Shown here piece after piece: positions 26,118 to 39,470 of a stretch of DNA of 64,000 nucleotides (position 1 is its first letter; each line of letters begins with the position of its first letter). The DNA is from Sphyrna mokarran (taxonomy: Eukaryota). The stretch lies in assembly GCA_024679065.1 (NCBI GenBank), contig JAGIQG010000009.1, positions 71,734,001-71,798,000 of the forward strand, in the 5' to 3' direction. The position numbers and the translations under genes are program-made. Below the pieces are notes generated by a model that was given only the letters and a program-made list of their open reading frames with translations, ran no database searches and had not been told where the DNA came from.

Positions 26118-26610
26118 ATCTTTACAGATGCACCATAGAAAGGATGCTTTCTATTTGTATGACAGCTTGGCATGGCTGCTGCTCAGCCCAAGATTGCAAG
26201 AAACTACAAAGGATCATGAATATAGACCAATCCATCATGCAAACCAGCCTCCCATCCACTGACATTATTTACACTTCTCGCTGCCTCAGAAAATCAGCCA
26301 GCATAATTAAGAACCCCACACACCCTGGACGTACTCTCTTCTATCTTATTCCATCAGGAAAAAGATACAAGAGTCTAAGGTCATGTACCAATCGATTCAA
26401 CAATTTATTCCCCGCTACCGTCAGACTTTTGAATAGACCTACCTCGCATTAAGTTGATCTTTCTCTACACCCTAGCTATGACTGGAACATTGCATTCTGC
26501 ACTGTCTCCTTTCCTTCTGTATGAATGGTATGCTTTGTCTGTATTGCATGCAAGAAACAACACTTTTCACTGCACACTAATACATGTGACAATAATAAAT
26601 CAAATCAAAA
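26118..26610 (+). mobile_element. Rex1/Babar LINE 3' fragment
   Basis: ORF 26144-26452 has the same domain; same (AAATC)n tail. Confidence 0.82.
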
Positions 26611-27761
26611 TCTTAGTTCCTCTTTTAATTATGAGGACTGCATTGAATTTGTTCCAGTCCTGCGTCCTGAACACATGTGAAAGATGTGGAGAAAGGTCTT
26701 GCGAATCACCTCTTGAAAACCCTTCAGGGGATAACATCCAGAATAGCAATAGTAAACATCCCGGTTCTTTCCAAAACTGTATGTTCATCTATTTTAATAT
26801 TTATAGTTTTATTGTCAACAATCCTTAATTATGTCTATTGAACAATAATGCCAAGAATGAAGACTGGTACCGAGTATAATTTATTATGTCCCTCATACCC
26901 TGAGATTCCTTTCAAAGGGCCAATACTCTATATATTTTTTAAAGCATAGAACAAGTAAGCTAATAGCGCACACAAGTATCTCAGTTACCACATTTTGGAT
27001 AATGTTGTTGTTTCATTTCCCACATCAGTTCCCATAGCAATTTTTTTTTCCGTGAACGGGTTCATTGCCTATTGCCATCCTTTCTATGGTGCATCTGTAA
27101 AGATGGCTTTGTGGAACCGCAGATCCTTTCGTTTTATGCCAGTAACAGGGAAGATGCTTGTGGGAATCATTATAGATGCATGTGAACGCTTTGACAGAGA
27201 TGGACATATCAGAAAAACCCAACATGAATTCAGAGAAAGAAGATTTTGCCTCAATGACTTAATTGTCTTTTTTGAAGAAATCACCACAGGACTCAATAAT
27301 GGAAATCCAGTAGATATGTATTCGCCCAGAGGCTAAAAAAAAACTTTTGATAAGGGTGCCACACAAGGAGCTTCTGGAGGCATAAACTCCACATCATGCT
27401 TGTTTGATCAAGAGTCTCTCCCGCTCTTGCCACTTCCCATGTTGGAAGTATTTTGCAAACTCAGCCTGCTTAGCCACGTTACAAATGCACCTTTCTTAGC
27501 CATCAATTCCTAGGATGGGACTCAAACCCAGATTTTCATGTTCAGAGATAGCGACACTATCCGCTACCCCACAGGACTTCCTTCCCACTATATATTTTTG
27601 ACATGTTTTGACAACACCATGATTGTTCACAAAATGAAAAATACATTTCCCAGGTAACAGCGATTACCTACAATCCTTTTTTTGATTAACCTTCTAGCTG
27701 ATGCAAGAATGGCCTTCATTTTTTTTCAGCTGTTCACAATGTCTATCTTTATTTGTTAAAA

Positions 27762-28050
27762 GAAAACAAAATCTCAAATTTATATAATGCTTTTCACAAC
27801 CTTAGGACACCTAAAAGAGATTTACAGCCAATGAAAGACTTATGAAGTGTCATCACTACTGTAATATAGAAGAACAGCAGCCAAATTCCACACATCAAGC
27901 ACCCACACACAGCAATGTGATAATGACTGGATAACGTGTTTTTATTTTAAATGATTTTAGTTAAGGAATATATTTTAGACAGAACATTGGACAAAGCTTC
28001 ACTGCATTGCTGTGAAATAGTGCTGTGTGATCATTTACATTCACCTGATA
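27762..28050 (-). mobile_element. DeuSINE (SacSINE1/AmnSINE-like) relic
   Basis: GAAATAGTGCTGTGTGATCATTTACATTCACCTGA resembles the Deu domain; L2-type tail ATTTATATAATGCTTTTCAC. Confidence 0.6.
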
Positions 28051-28950
28051 TCATAGTGCCTTCTGTATCTTTAATTTATTTGTGTATTACTGAGCAATAT
28101 CAGCAGGACTCAGTGGAAGCAAAATCCCCAGAGACTTTCAAAGCCCATAGTTGTGTCTGCAGCTTTCCAATCTTTAACCATCTGAAATCCACAGTTTTGC
28201 TCCTACTCCTCTTTCACTTGAATGCTCCAGGAGTTGTCAAGAGGTCTGCTTATACACACTGAAGGGAGGTGAAGAGATTTGGCAGGATAAGGTGGGGGGA
28301 AGGGGGGGGGGAGGGGGGGGAGGGGGAGGGGGAGGATAGTGAGGCATGGTGCTGATGCTTGCAATTTCTGTGCCCACAGAAATTTCCTCACCGCTGGTTA
28401 TTCCTCCTTTAGCAAAGAGCATAAAAGCTTTCTCTTGCTCAGTAGGAATTGCATGGAAATAGGCAATTTTGTCACTGCAGAACAGGGACACCATGCTGGC
28501 AGCTAAAGCGTTAAGTGCATTTGCATCTGGAGGTACTTATTTTAAAGGTTACAGTCGCACAGAAGCACTGTACAGAAATGGGTTTGAACAATCCCTTGGA
28601 GGCTGTAATTGTCGTGGTGATTTAGAAGCTGACATTTTCCTCTTCATAAGCCTGCTGTTCTTTACAATGCAGCGTCCGACCCCTCCATCAAATACACCAT
28701 CTGCAGTGCTTTAAAGTGGGCAGGAGGGCCTGCTTGAAAAAGTCAAGCTTTCTTTTTTAATATTTTAGCTAAATGTTGATTTTTAATTTTCTTCTCCCAT
28801 CGTGCACCTGATCTATTCCTTTTTGCAAGTTGAATCAGATACAATGCATCACCTCATTCTCTCAATATTTGCATCCTTATTGAAATTCCTGATTTGATAA
28901 TTTCCACACATCTATAGGACTAGGGAATACTAGAATACTCTAGCTTTCTT

Positions 28951-29200
28951 AGGCCCCTGAGATTTACAGACGCAAGGCAAAAAAAACAAACTTCCTTCTT
29001 ACAAATGGGGCATTTAGGGTCAACCTTTGGTCTTCAGAAATTGTTGGGAGTTTGAAGGAAGAAAATGAGTACTCCATATGTACTAATTTATATCCAGATT
29101 TGTTTCATATAAATCAGCATAGAAGTTTTTAAATCAATATCACAAATAGGCTTACATTAACACTGCAATGAAATTACTGTGAAAATCCCCTAGTTGCCAC
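28951..29200 (+). repeat. Direct duplicate of the L1/SINE junction at 48364-48630
   Basis: Shared GGCCCCTGAGATT...TTGTTGGGAGTTTGAAGGAAGAAAATGAGTA...CATATAAATCAGCATAGAAGTT then SINE tail. Confidence 0.88.
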
Positions 29201-29415
29201 GATCCGACACCAGTTCAGGGACCCTGAGGGAAAATTTAGCATGGCCAATGCACTTTATCAGCAAGTTTTTTGGATTGCGCAAGGAAACCAGAGCACCTAG
29301 AGGAAACTCACGCAGATAGGGGGAGACTCCGCACAGATAGAAGCCAAGCCAGGAATTGAACCAATGCTCCTGGCACTGTGAGGCAGCAGTGTTGACCACT
29401 GTGCCATTGTGCCAT
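29128..29415 (-). mobile_element. V-SINE type B
   Basis: Reverse complement of the 14704 copy. Confidence 0.85.
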
Positions 29416-30174
29416 CCGTGAGTTTCAAGCATTCCACTTCCTGAAAGTATTTTGACAAGAACCGGAAACATTGGAAATGAGTTGCTTATTTCTTCAGGAT
29501 ATTAGCGGGGGCTTAACATCCAGGTACTTTACACAAAGCATCTGACAGCATTGAAAGTGAATAAAAGATTAAGAACGAGGATGCTCATTTTACCTAACAC
29601 CAGATTTTAAGGTACCTTGATCTTTCTGAAAGACACAAATTTTTAGCATACTTCAACACATACTGGCTGTAATTTTACTGGTGTGGCCACACCAGAATTG
29701 GGGCGGGTGAGGCTTACAAAACAACATCCTCCACTGGCCTCAGGTGAATGAGGCAATAAAATTCAGGCAACTGTCTCTATTTTACATTTTCTGCACTGGT
29801 ATTCTTTTATTTTACCCCAGTATATACTTCGGCTTCACAGAGGCCTGTATATTCTGGAGAAACTGAAGCTGCACTGACTACAGGCTTTAAAAGCAGCTGA
29901 GAACAGGTCAACAACCCATGAAAAGTGATCCCAGTGCACATTTTGCAGGGGCTTGAAAGGCTGGATGCCAAGAGGCTGCTTTTCTCTGGCTCAAGGTTCC
30001 ACAACCAAGGGATATAATCTCAGGACATGCCAATGGCCACTTTGGACTGAAATGAGGAGAAATTTCTTCAGTCAAATGCTTGTGAGTCTTTGCAAGCCTC
30101 CGGGGTAGCGAATTCCAGCCAATTAATATACTGAACGTTTCTAGCAACAGACTTTGGAGCCTCAGGTAATCAAA

Positions 30175-30496
30175 GGTGACTTAGTAGCACAGTGGTCAGC
30201 ATTGCTGCTCCACAGCTTCAGGGATTTGGGTCCAATTCCTAGCTTGGGTCACTGTCTGTGTGGAGCTTGCAAATTTTCCTCATGACTGTGTGGCTTTCTT
30301 TTGGGTGCTAAGGATTCCTCCCAGTCTAAAGATGTGCGCATTAGGTTGCTGGTCATGCTAAAAATTGCCCTAGAGTCTGAGATGTGTAGGTTAGAGGGAT
30401 TAGCGAGTAAATACATAGGGATATGGGGATAGGGCCTGGGTGGGATTGTGGTTGGTGCACAGTCTCTTCCTGCACTGTAAGTTTTCTATGATTCTT
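30175..30496 (+). mobile_element. HE1/V-SINE type A inside a CR1 fragment (~29950-30600)
   Basis: Head, core, CTATGATTCT tail. Confidence 0.85.
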
Positions 30497-31844
30497 AGGG
30501 ATATGGGAATTAAGGGGAAAAGTAAGGTTGAAGAACATCCATAATCTTATTTAATGGGTGAAGGACATCAAAAGCCTACTTTTGCTCCCACTTCTTAAGA
30601 TTTTGCATAGATCCATCCCAGGGTAAATTGTTCCTTGAATTGTGCACAAACACATCAGGAAGAACTTTTTGGTGGCTAGAACTCAGACGCAGTAGTCAGA
30701 ATGAATGACATTGCATTGTATTGCTTCAGCACAGCACTTTAAAAGTTACAAAAGCAGAACATGACAATGAGGGCTTTGGATACTATGAAGGTTAATACCC
30801 CTACCCAGTCCCTAACTAAAATGAATAGATAAGGAATCACATGGGTTAGAGTAACTTTGTATTTTGCCCATCTGCAAAAGGATGCTCAGAGCAGAAAACT
30901 CAGGATTAGTTTGCTTTGGTGCTTGCTGTTCTTTAGTGACTGCACGTATACTAAGTGTCCATCCATGGGCAAGCCATATTGAAAGCCATCTGCTACTGTT
31001 CCGCCCACTTGGAATGTTTGTCAAATGCCTTATGCAACTCCTGGGAGCACCATCAACCAAACTATTTTCATTCAGTAACATTTGTGAATTTTATTGCATC
31101 ATATTTCTCAATCCAAGTTTATTTATGCAGATGGGAAAGAATCACACCTCAGTACTGGTCCCTCGGGATGGCACCTCTTTGAAGAATGTTGAGGAGGCAG
31201 CTCAAAGGACTTAGCTGTTTATTAGGTTATCATCACACAGGTTGATTCCTGATAATCAATTCTATTTATTTTAATTATTTCTGCAAGGTTGATGGGTTGG
31301 TAATTAACTGGATTTGATTCATTTCCTTTTTATGAATTTAATATAAATTTATGGAGAAAGAAAATCTCCCAGGTGGTGAGGCAGAGCAGGTATGTAAGAA
31401 CAGTTCTATGAATTATATTATTTGCCTCCCACATCACCATTTACTATCAGTGTTATAGCTGCCAACTCTGGTGAGGCAAATTCCTCATTACACAACCTCC
31501 CACCTCCAACAACCTCACCCCATCGACAAGTCCTTTCTCCCCCTTCTCTAATATTTTTCAAACAAATAAAGCACTTTTTCAAATAAATGATAAAGATATT
31601 TATTTCATTTCCCCAGTATTTTTCTTCTGGATTGTCTGTGGGCGTATAGTATTGCAGAGTGATTTTTAAAATTATTTAATGTGATGTGGCATTGCTGGCT
31701 GGACCTTCATTCATTACTCATTCTTAATTGCCCTTGAACTGAGGCCAGAGGGTACTGAATATTGCTGTGGAATTGGAATCACATGGAGGTCAGAGTGGGT
31801 AAGGATGGCAGAATTCCCCCCCCTAAAGGATATTTTTCTTTCAA

Positions 31845-32392
31845 ATTGATTTATTGTTGTTCACATGTATTAATATATAATGAAAAGTATTGTTTCTTGC
31901 ATGCTGTACAAAGAAAGAATACTGTACATAGGGAAGGAAAGGAGATGGTGTAGAATGTAATGTTACAGTCATAGCTAGGGTGTAGAGAAAGGTCAACTTA
32001 CTATGTGGTAGCTCCATTCCAAAGTCTGATAGCAGGGAAGAAGCTGTTCTTGAGTAGGTTGGTACATGACCTCAGACTTTTGTATTTTTTTCCAATGGAA
32101 GGAGGTGGAAGGGAGTGATCTGGGTGTGTTGGGTCCTTAATTATGCTGGCTGCTTTTCTAGGCAGCAGGACGTGTAGACAGAGTTAATGGATGGGAGGCT
32201 GGTTTGGTTGTGGATTGGGCTTCGTTCATGACCTTTTGTAGTTCCTTGCAGTTTGAATAGAGCTGGAGCCATACCAAACTGCATTACAACTAGAAAGAAT
32301 GTTTTCTATGGTGCATCTGTAAAAATTGGTGAGCGCCGTAGTGAACATACCAAATTTCTTCAGCCTCCTGAGAAAGCAGAGGTGTTGGTTAA
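31845..32392 (-). mobile_element. Rex1/Babar LINE 3' fragment
   Basis: Reverse complement of the 4835-5375 family. Confidence 0.8.
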
Positions 32393-32419
32393 TGAACTAG
32401 ATGGGTTTTTACAATGGGC

Positions 32420-32520
32420 TGTGATGAGAAGGCATCTTGACTCGAAAGATTAGTTCTATTCTCTCTCCACAGATGCTGTCAGACCTGCTGAGATTTTCCA
32501 GTATTCTCTGTTTGGGTTTT
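32420..32520 (+). mobile_element. PLE pLTR fragment, second family
   Basis: GTGATGA...GACTCGAAA...CTCTCTCCACAGATGCTGTCAGACCTGCTGAG. Confidence 0.6.
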
Positions 32521-32544
32521 TAGAACAATGGTTTCACAGAAACA

Positions 32545-32920
32545 TAGAAAATGGGAGTAGGCTATTCAGCTCTTCAAGCTTGCTCCACCATTCGTTATGA
32601 TCGTGGCTGATCATCCAATTCAATAACCTGTTCCTGCTTTCCCCCATATCCTTTGATTTCCTACTCTTTCTCAGGGAAGTGCAATGTTTTATCCTCAAAT
32701 GTTTACTGTGGTTAAGAATTTCACAGGCTCACCGCTCTCTGGATGAAGGAATTTCTCCTCATCTCAATCCTAAATGGGTTACCCCATATCTTTAGACTAG
32801 GAATACTAGTTCTGGACTATCTCATGAATGGAACATCCTTCCTGCATCTATCCTCCATAGGATTTTATAGGGTTTTTTTATGAGAACTCCCCTGCATTAT
32901 TTGAACTTACAGTGAATATA
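32545..32920 (-). mobile_element. CR1 3' fragment
   Basis: CATAGAAA tail; TTCACAGGCTCACCGCTCTCTGG..GAAGGAATTTCTCCTC. Confidence 0.65.
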
Positions 32921-33282
32921 ATCTATTTAATTTCATTTAAATTGAATTCCAATTTCACTACCTGCTATGATGGATTACCCTGGGTCTCTAGACTGCTAAC
33001 CCAATAACAATACCACCGTGCCACTGCCTCCTCTCATAAAGCACAGAACAAGGCCATTCTGCCCATTTAAGCCTGCATTGTCTCTTTCAAAGAGAAATCT
33101 AGTTAGTCCAACATATCTTCACCTTGCTCATCCCTGCAAAAGATTCTCTTCTTGATAATTATTGCCTTTATTGAATCAATATCCACCACCAAAGATTTCC
33201 TGTCTTTCCTGAAATGTGGAACTGATGCCAAACTCATGTATTTTATTGTTATGGACTGTGAAGGAGAGACATATTATTACTG

Positions 33283-33571
33283 TCAAAAGTAGGTTTACAT
33301 TAACACTGAAGTTGCAATGAAGTTACTGTGTAAATCCCCTAGTCACTACACTCTAACAGTTTTCGGGTACATTGAGGGAGAATTTAGCATGACAAATGCA
33401 CTTAACCAACATCTTTCAGACTGTGGGAGGAAACCAGAGCACCCGGAGGAAACACATGCAAATATGGGGAGAACATACAGACTCCGCACAGACAGTGACC
33501 CAAGCCAGAAGTCGAACCTGGCTCCCTGACGCTGTAAGGCAGCAGTGCGAATCACAGTGCCACCGTGCCAT
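33283..33571 (-). mobile_element. V-SINE type B
   Basis: Head, core, tail B. Confidence 0.85.
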
Positions 33572-33695
33572 CCTTAGATCAACTAAAATCTCAATTCTCT
33601 CCCGTCTTCTGCCCATAATCAGTGTGGTTTATTTTTTGAGAAGGTTTATGTGCATGTTACTAACTTGAACTACTTTTTAAAAGTAGCACAGCAGA

Positions 33696-33732
33696 TTTAA
33701 TTTAATTTAATTTAATTTAATTTAATTTAAAT
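33696..33732 (+). repeat. (ATTTA)n microsatellite
   Basis: About 7 perfect units. Confidence 0.9.
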
Positions 33733-34334
33733 TCCATGGATTTAAACAAGGATGATTATGTATTCATGCACTCATCCCAATAGATGTAAACGCTACTCCA
33801 ATCATACAACACACACACACACAAAAAAAAACACACACAGGAGAAATTAGAGAAGATGGCCACTGTTATAAGTACAATACAAAGAAATAATTAACAGGTC
33901 ACATGTTTTTGTGAGTCCAGCAAAGATGGAAAGAAATCATTAGGCTGGTAAGAAAACAGAACCTTGAGGGAAGGACAAAAGAAAAAAATTCCAAGACTTG
34001 CCAATACATCAAAGCATTGCGGCAGAAGCAGAGGCAAACTGTGTCACAGAGCCGGTGACTAAATAGGGTCAGCATAAGCCTGAAACAACAAGCAATATCC
34101 AAGAAGCAGAGTTAAATGCAGGAACAATTCAAGGGTTCATCAGAAGCATGGAATCCATATAAACACTCCTATTTCAGAATGTGGAGAATGCCCAGAAGTG
34201 GTGCAACTTAAGAAGAAGTTCTCCTTATAGAATTATCGTGTTATAGAATTGCTTCAGGATTATATAAGATCAGAAAGGTGAGGTCACCACACTATTGTAT
34301 AAGGTAGGAACTATCACTGACAACATGACAGCAA

Positions 34335-34471
34335 GATGCCGGAGTTGGACTTGGGTAAACACAGTTAGAAGTCTCACAACACCAGATTAAAGTCCAACGG
34401 GTTTATTTGGTAATAAAACCCACAAGCTTTTGGATGCTCTCCTTTGTCAGGTAAATGGAGAGTAATGTAAT
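34335..34471 (-). mobile_element. Solo Penelope pLTR fragment with decayed hammerhead
   Basis: Reverse complement of the 14185-14310 terminus; core CTGACAA...TCC-AAAA consistent with CpG decay; flanking ATGACAGCAA at 34325-34334 and 34472-34481. Confidence 0.8.
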
Positions 34472-35449
34472 ATGACAGCAAAGCAGGGAATGGATGAGAC
34501 ACATCTTCTTATGAAGATGTCAGAAAATCTTTCAAATCTTATTTCAGCATCCACCATTACTTAATAATTGGGAGAACTAAACTTAACAGAAGTAAACAAA
34601 AGCCAGGCAAAATAATTGCAAACCGGTTGGCAGGGAACTGGTTGGGTGCATTGGCTATAAAATTCTCTCTCAGTGTACCCGACAGACACTGGAACATGGC
34701 GACTAGGGAATCTTCACAATAACTTCATTACAGTGCTAATGTAAGTCCACTTGTGACAATAATGAATACATTTTAAACTATGGGATTTTAAAAGTTGAGC
34801 TGATGCATGACAGGATAATTGTAGGAATCTTAGCCGAAGCATTATCAGGTCAGAAAAGGGAGGATTTAACAGTGGCAAAAGAGCAGTGCTGATCGCAAGA
34901 CAATTGAAACTAAGGAAATAGAATCAGGATTTTATTTGTGGGAAAGCTGAAGTCCTGTAGGGAAGATCGAACACCATCGTCTCAAAACCTGTGCACCCTC
35001 TCTCTGTCCTTCAGCCATCCTGCACCTTGGTACTATTTACCAGTTAGAGCAATTCAAACTTTCATTGGATGGTCAAGTGGGTTCATACATTCTGTTCCAT
35101 ACCTAATCAGCACTTAAGTGCTAAACCTGCTGCTTTCTGGTTTACCAGCTCCTGGGCAAGTTCTAAACATGGCAATCAGCAATTCAGGCCAAAATTGTGT
35201 GCTAAGTTCAGACTTTTAAGCATATTATCACAATGCAATTTAGCACTTTTAGACAAAAGAACCTTCTTAACTTGACTTAGCTGCTCATAAAACATTTAAG
35301 ACATTTCTGTAATAAGTAGCAATTAAAGCAGGTGGGCATTGAAGCTGACAAAATTCAGAATCAATTGCAGAGTTGAGGTTTGTGTGATAAAACATCTTCA
35401 GTTCAGTCAGTCAGCACCCCAGATTCAGATTTGCAGAAAAAGGAAAATT

Positions 35450-36215
35450 CTTAAGTGGCACTGTGGACTCTAGTTGAAAGCATAAAATTACAAAGGGATA
35501 CTCTTAGGTTGGGTGAATGGGCAAAACTGTGGCAGGTGGATTCCAATCTAAGCTAAAAGAGATAGACCAGAGTCCTCTCTACAAGTTAAATACATTGGAT
35601 GTCTGGAGATCAGGTGAACAGATCTTAAATCCACGATCAGATGCAAAAAATAATCAAGAAGACTAATGGATTTCTCGCCTTTATATCAGGAGAATTGAAA
35701 TATAAAGGACACAGAAGTTATATATCCAAAATCCTGGTTAGACCCCACATGGGAGTACTGTGAGCAGATGTAGGCACCACATCTTAGGAAAGATATATTG
35801 ACCTTGGAGGGAGTGCTGCATAACTTTACAAAAATGATTCCTAGTCTCCAGGGGTTTAATTATGAAGAGAGATTACACAAATTAGATGTTTTTTCTAGAA
35901 TTTAAAAAGTTATGGGGTGATCTAATTGAAATCTTTCGAGTAATAACAGGGGAAAAAAGGGTAGATAAAGGTGAACTATTTCCATTGGAGATTATAGAGC
36001 TAGCGGTAATAGTCAACAAATTATGATGAGATTATTCAGGAGAGATGTTAGGAAGCACTTCTACACACAAAAAGATGATAGAGATTTGAAACTCTCTTTG
36101 ACAAATTGCAGTTGATGCTGAACAAGTTGCTACCTTTAAATCTGAAATAGTGAAGTTTTTGTTAAGAAAAACTACTAAGGAATATGGAGCTAAAGACAGA
36201 GTTAGGCCATGATCT
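35450..36215 (+). mobile_element. Old CR1 LINE 3' fragment
   Basis: Degenerate LVRP..EYC...APHLRKDILTLE; GGGTGATCTAATTGA; RKHFYTQ. Confidence 0.7.
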
Positions 36216-36217
36216 GT

Positions 36218-36223
36218 TATGTA

Positions 36224-36261
<38 letters not shown>

Positions 36262-36680
36262 CACATGTGGTATTGTCTGTATGTGTTTTGTGTATGTATG
36301 TATAAGTGATTATGTGTGTGTGGTGTTGCCTGTGTGCATGTTTTGTGTACATATGTGTGTTTGTTTGGGGGATTATTGTTGTCAGTATGTGTGTGTGTGG
36401 TGGCGGGGGGAGGGAGTGCTGGCCTTGTTTGTGTATGTGTTTTATATATGTATGTATGTGTCTTTGGTAGGGTAGTGTTGTCTGAGTGTGTGTGTGTGTG
36501 TATGGCGGGGGGCTGGTCTTGTTTGTGTGTATGTTTTGTGTATATATGTGTGTGTCTTTGGTAGGGTGGTGTTGTCTGTGTGTGTGCGGGGGTGTTAGTG
36601 ATGGTATGTGTATATGTTTTTGTATGTATGTACATGTGCATGTGTTTTTTGCATATGCACATGTGTGTGTATGTGTCCCT
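36218..36680 (+). repeat. (TG)n-derived low-complexity minisatellite
   Basis: TG/TATG repeats with recurring TCTTTGGTAGGGT and GGCGGGGGG. Confidence 0.9.
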
Positions 36681-37060
36681 TTTGCATTTACACAGACCAA
36701 TCTCATCTCATTTGCAAATAGCTGATCGCACTCTTATTACATTTCATTCTAAGTCAAGAATGCGCTTTTTAACTTTGCTATTGGCAAGAGTTAAATAGAA
36801 GAATAAAAATATTTCCACTGAATACAGTGTCTACAGTGTGTATGGAGCCCTCTTCTCCACGTGATCCCAGTAATACAGCTTCGTCTAGCTCAGCTGTATA
36901 TAATATTTGTGACAATCCAGCATGTGACCCAATGAAGTACAACCCAGCATTGCATAAAATGGCCATTTATTGCAAGTGACTACAGTTCCACTGGACACTG
37001 ATGTCTGACAACAGAGTGATCTAACAATCTCTCCACATTTTTCAATTACTTGCACTTTAC

Positions 37061-37390
37061 TATGAAATCATAGACTTCCTACAGTGCAGAAGGAGGCCAT
37101 TCTGTCTACTGAGCCTGCATTGACAGCAATCCTAGCCAGATCCTATTCCCATAATACATATGCTGTTCGTCTTCGTGACACTAAAGGGCAATTTAGCATG
37201 GCCAATCAACCAAGCCAGCACAACCTTTGGTCTGTGAGCCGAAACCAGGGCACGTAGGGATTGGAAAAATCCCACGTAGACATGGAGAGAACATGCCAAT
37301 TCCACACAGACAGGGACCTGAGGCCGGCATTGAACCCAGGTCCCTGGCAGTGTGAGGCAGCAATGTTAACCATTGTGTCACATTGCTGCG
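37061..37390 (-). mobile_element. HE1/V-SINE type A
   Basis: Head, core, tail A. Confidence 0.83.
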
Positions 37391-37744
37391 CAATTCATGC
37401 TCATGACAGTAGTGCTCATGCTAAATATATTACATAAGACAGACTAGGTCAACAAAGCCTATCTGATGGTGAGAGGATTGTTAATGACTAAAAATATAGG
37501 CAAGCTTTCAAAGTGTAGTCCCTTTAAGGGGTAATCCTTTGTGGACTACATGATTAGGCCAGAATCTATAGGAAGCCAGGTTAATTGGGAGCAAGGGTTT
37601 GTGTCCTGGGATAGGGAAGGCCTCAGGTGGATGTAAAAGAGTAGATTTGTTGTTATGGTTCAGGTTAGAAACTCCAAAGTATTGTATGAAGCCCTGAATC
37701 ATAAGTTTTGCATCTTGAATTTGATTAAGTAAGCATGAGATGTC

Positions 37745-38343
37745 TCACTTCAGGTGTGAATCAAAAGAGCCACTGGGGAGTTTTTATCAAACAAAGTTAA
37801 TTTAATAATATAGTTAAATACATGGAACAAAAATTGGCAATAACTTTTGTCAATAACAAGCAAAAAAAACACAATAATGTATAATCCTTAACCAATATAA
37901 ATCAGATATTCCAATCAAAACCAATATCCAATAAATAAGACCCTTTGAACAGATTTATCACTTCATAGCTAAAGCTCACATGATACCGGACTCCTGTTCC
38001 CTCTGTTAAATGCGGCTTTCAAATGATCTTGAAAACTCAGAGCAGTTTGTAGCCAGATCAGCTCTCTAATATACCAAAGTATTGAATTTTTACATCAGTA
38101 GGGCAACAAGCTTTACTTTCAACTAACTAATAAAAAATTCAAAGCATAACAGAGAGAAAAAGAGACTTTTTTTCCAGCTTGCATCTAAGACTGTCCTAAC
38201 ACTGCAGCCAAAACAAAGCAGAATGCTTAAAAACGTCTATCACTTTACCTGCTCACAATTTTTTTTCTCCTTCCAACAATGACATCAACCAAGGCTGTGA
38301 CTATGATTAAAAAAAATCTTCTTAAAGATATGCTAACATCACA
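37745..38343 (-). mobile_element. Putative solo LTR
   Basis: Begins TGTGATG on minus; shares TTTTATCAAA(A)CAAA.TTAATTTA and TTCTTAAAG with 58210-58933. Confidence 0.45.
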
Positions 38344-38619
38344 CGGTGCACAAATTCTGCCAGACGCTTTGAGTATAAATAAGTACTATAGATAATAAGC
38401 CCTTGTTGTTGGAGCCATGTCAAGCCACCTCCAGTTATCACACAAATGAGAAAGGAAGCAGGCATTTTGTTGTTGGCAGGAAAGGTTTGCTTTTCACAAA
38501 GAACAAAATATTTGATTCACTGCAACATTGATGAGGAACACTCTGCCCGAGACAGGTGGGGAGAACTTATTGATAGGAAAGGAGAATCTTGCAAAATATA
38601 TCCTGATTAAACATTGAAT

Positions 38620-39470
38620 AAAATGATTAATGAACTGGGTCGTGATTGAGCCAGTGCTTTAGTGAGCCTCTGGTACAAATAGATTCCATCCATTGTCTGC
38701 AGCTTTGTTAGGCAGCCTTGCATCTGTGTGTTTGGAACTTGCAGATTGCTTTCCAGGTTGCTGCGTGCCAGCTACCTCCTTTAACAGCCTCCTGCTCCAG
38801 TACCCACTGGGCAATGTCAGCTTGGGTGAGCTGTCTTTTCAGCTAGTCTCTGACATTCTTGCATGGTGCACCTCAGTCTCACATACTGGAGTACAGTTCA
38901 CAATGAAACAATGCTTTTGGCAATCAGAAATGCTTCATACATTTGTTGTGTCCAGCGCAGTTGGCATTATGAAAGAATGCATTGAAAGCTGGAAGACTGA
39001 CTCTGCTGAAAGCTTTATTGTCTGTGATGTAATCCTAGTGTCTGATATTCATGATGGATTGAAGACAGTCTTGATAGAAGTTTACAGCATTCTCATTTGT
39101 GTTCTGTATAGACACCATGGTGATCTGTTATTAGGTCCTGTCAAGGCAGGAGTTGGGGGAATATAATATGGGACCAAATGTTCAGAAGTCCATTGACTTT
39201 GGCAGAACTGGAAGATCCCATTTGCAGAACAGGCTGTAAAATTCCACCCCAGGATTCTGAGCTATGCAAGAGAGTGTTGATGGCAACAGTTCTGTACAGT
39301 CTTGGCAGAGTTGTGCAGAGATTTCACTAAATGTGCTCCAACAAAATAGTCAAAGAAGACATTGGCTTTAAACAGTCAATTATGTATGTCATTATCAAGA
39401 AGATGATACCTGGATAGGTAAACTGTTCTATATCAATCTGCTGATCTACAGCTATTCAATACACAACCTC
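38620..39470 (-). mobile_element. RTE-like LINE relic
   Basis: Degenerate EQFTY.G and C-terminal RTE-like segments; MITE inserted at ~39170-39250. Confidence 0.45.

Larger units (their letters stand above)
25848..27375. repeat. Inverted duplication, arms 25848-26146 and 27076-27375
   Basis: ~300-bp near-identical reverse-complement arms, 929-bp spacer. Confidence 0.95.

Noticed and set aside
33780-34560. Possible gag relic of another LTR element
   Set aside because: Too degenerate to support a motif-level call
36032-36798. Long His/Thr- or Cys/Val-rich ORFs (up to 224 aa)
   Set aside because: Translation artefacts of a TG/CA microsatellite
38693-39166. 157-aa ORF on the plus strand
   Set aside because: Antisense to a LINE relic, no recognisable domain
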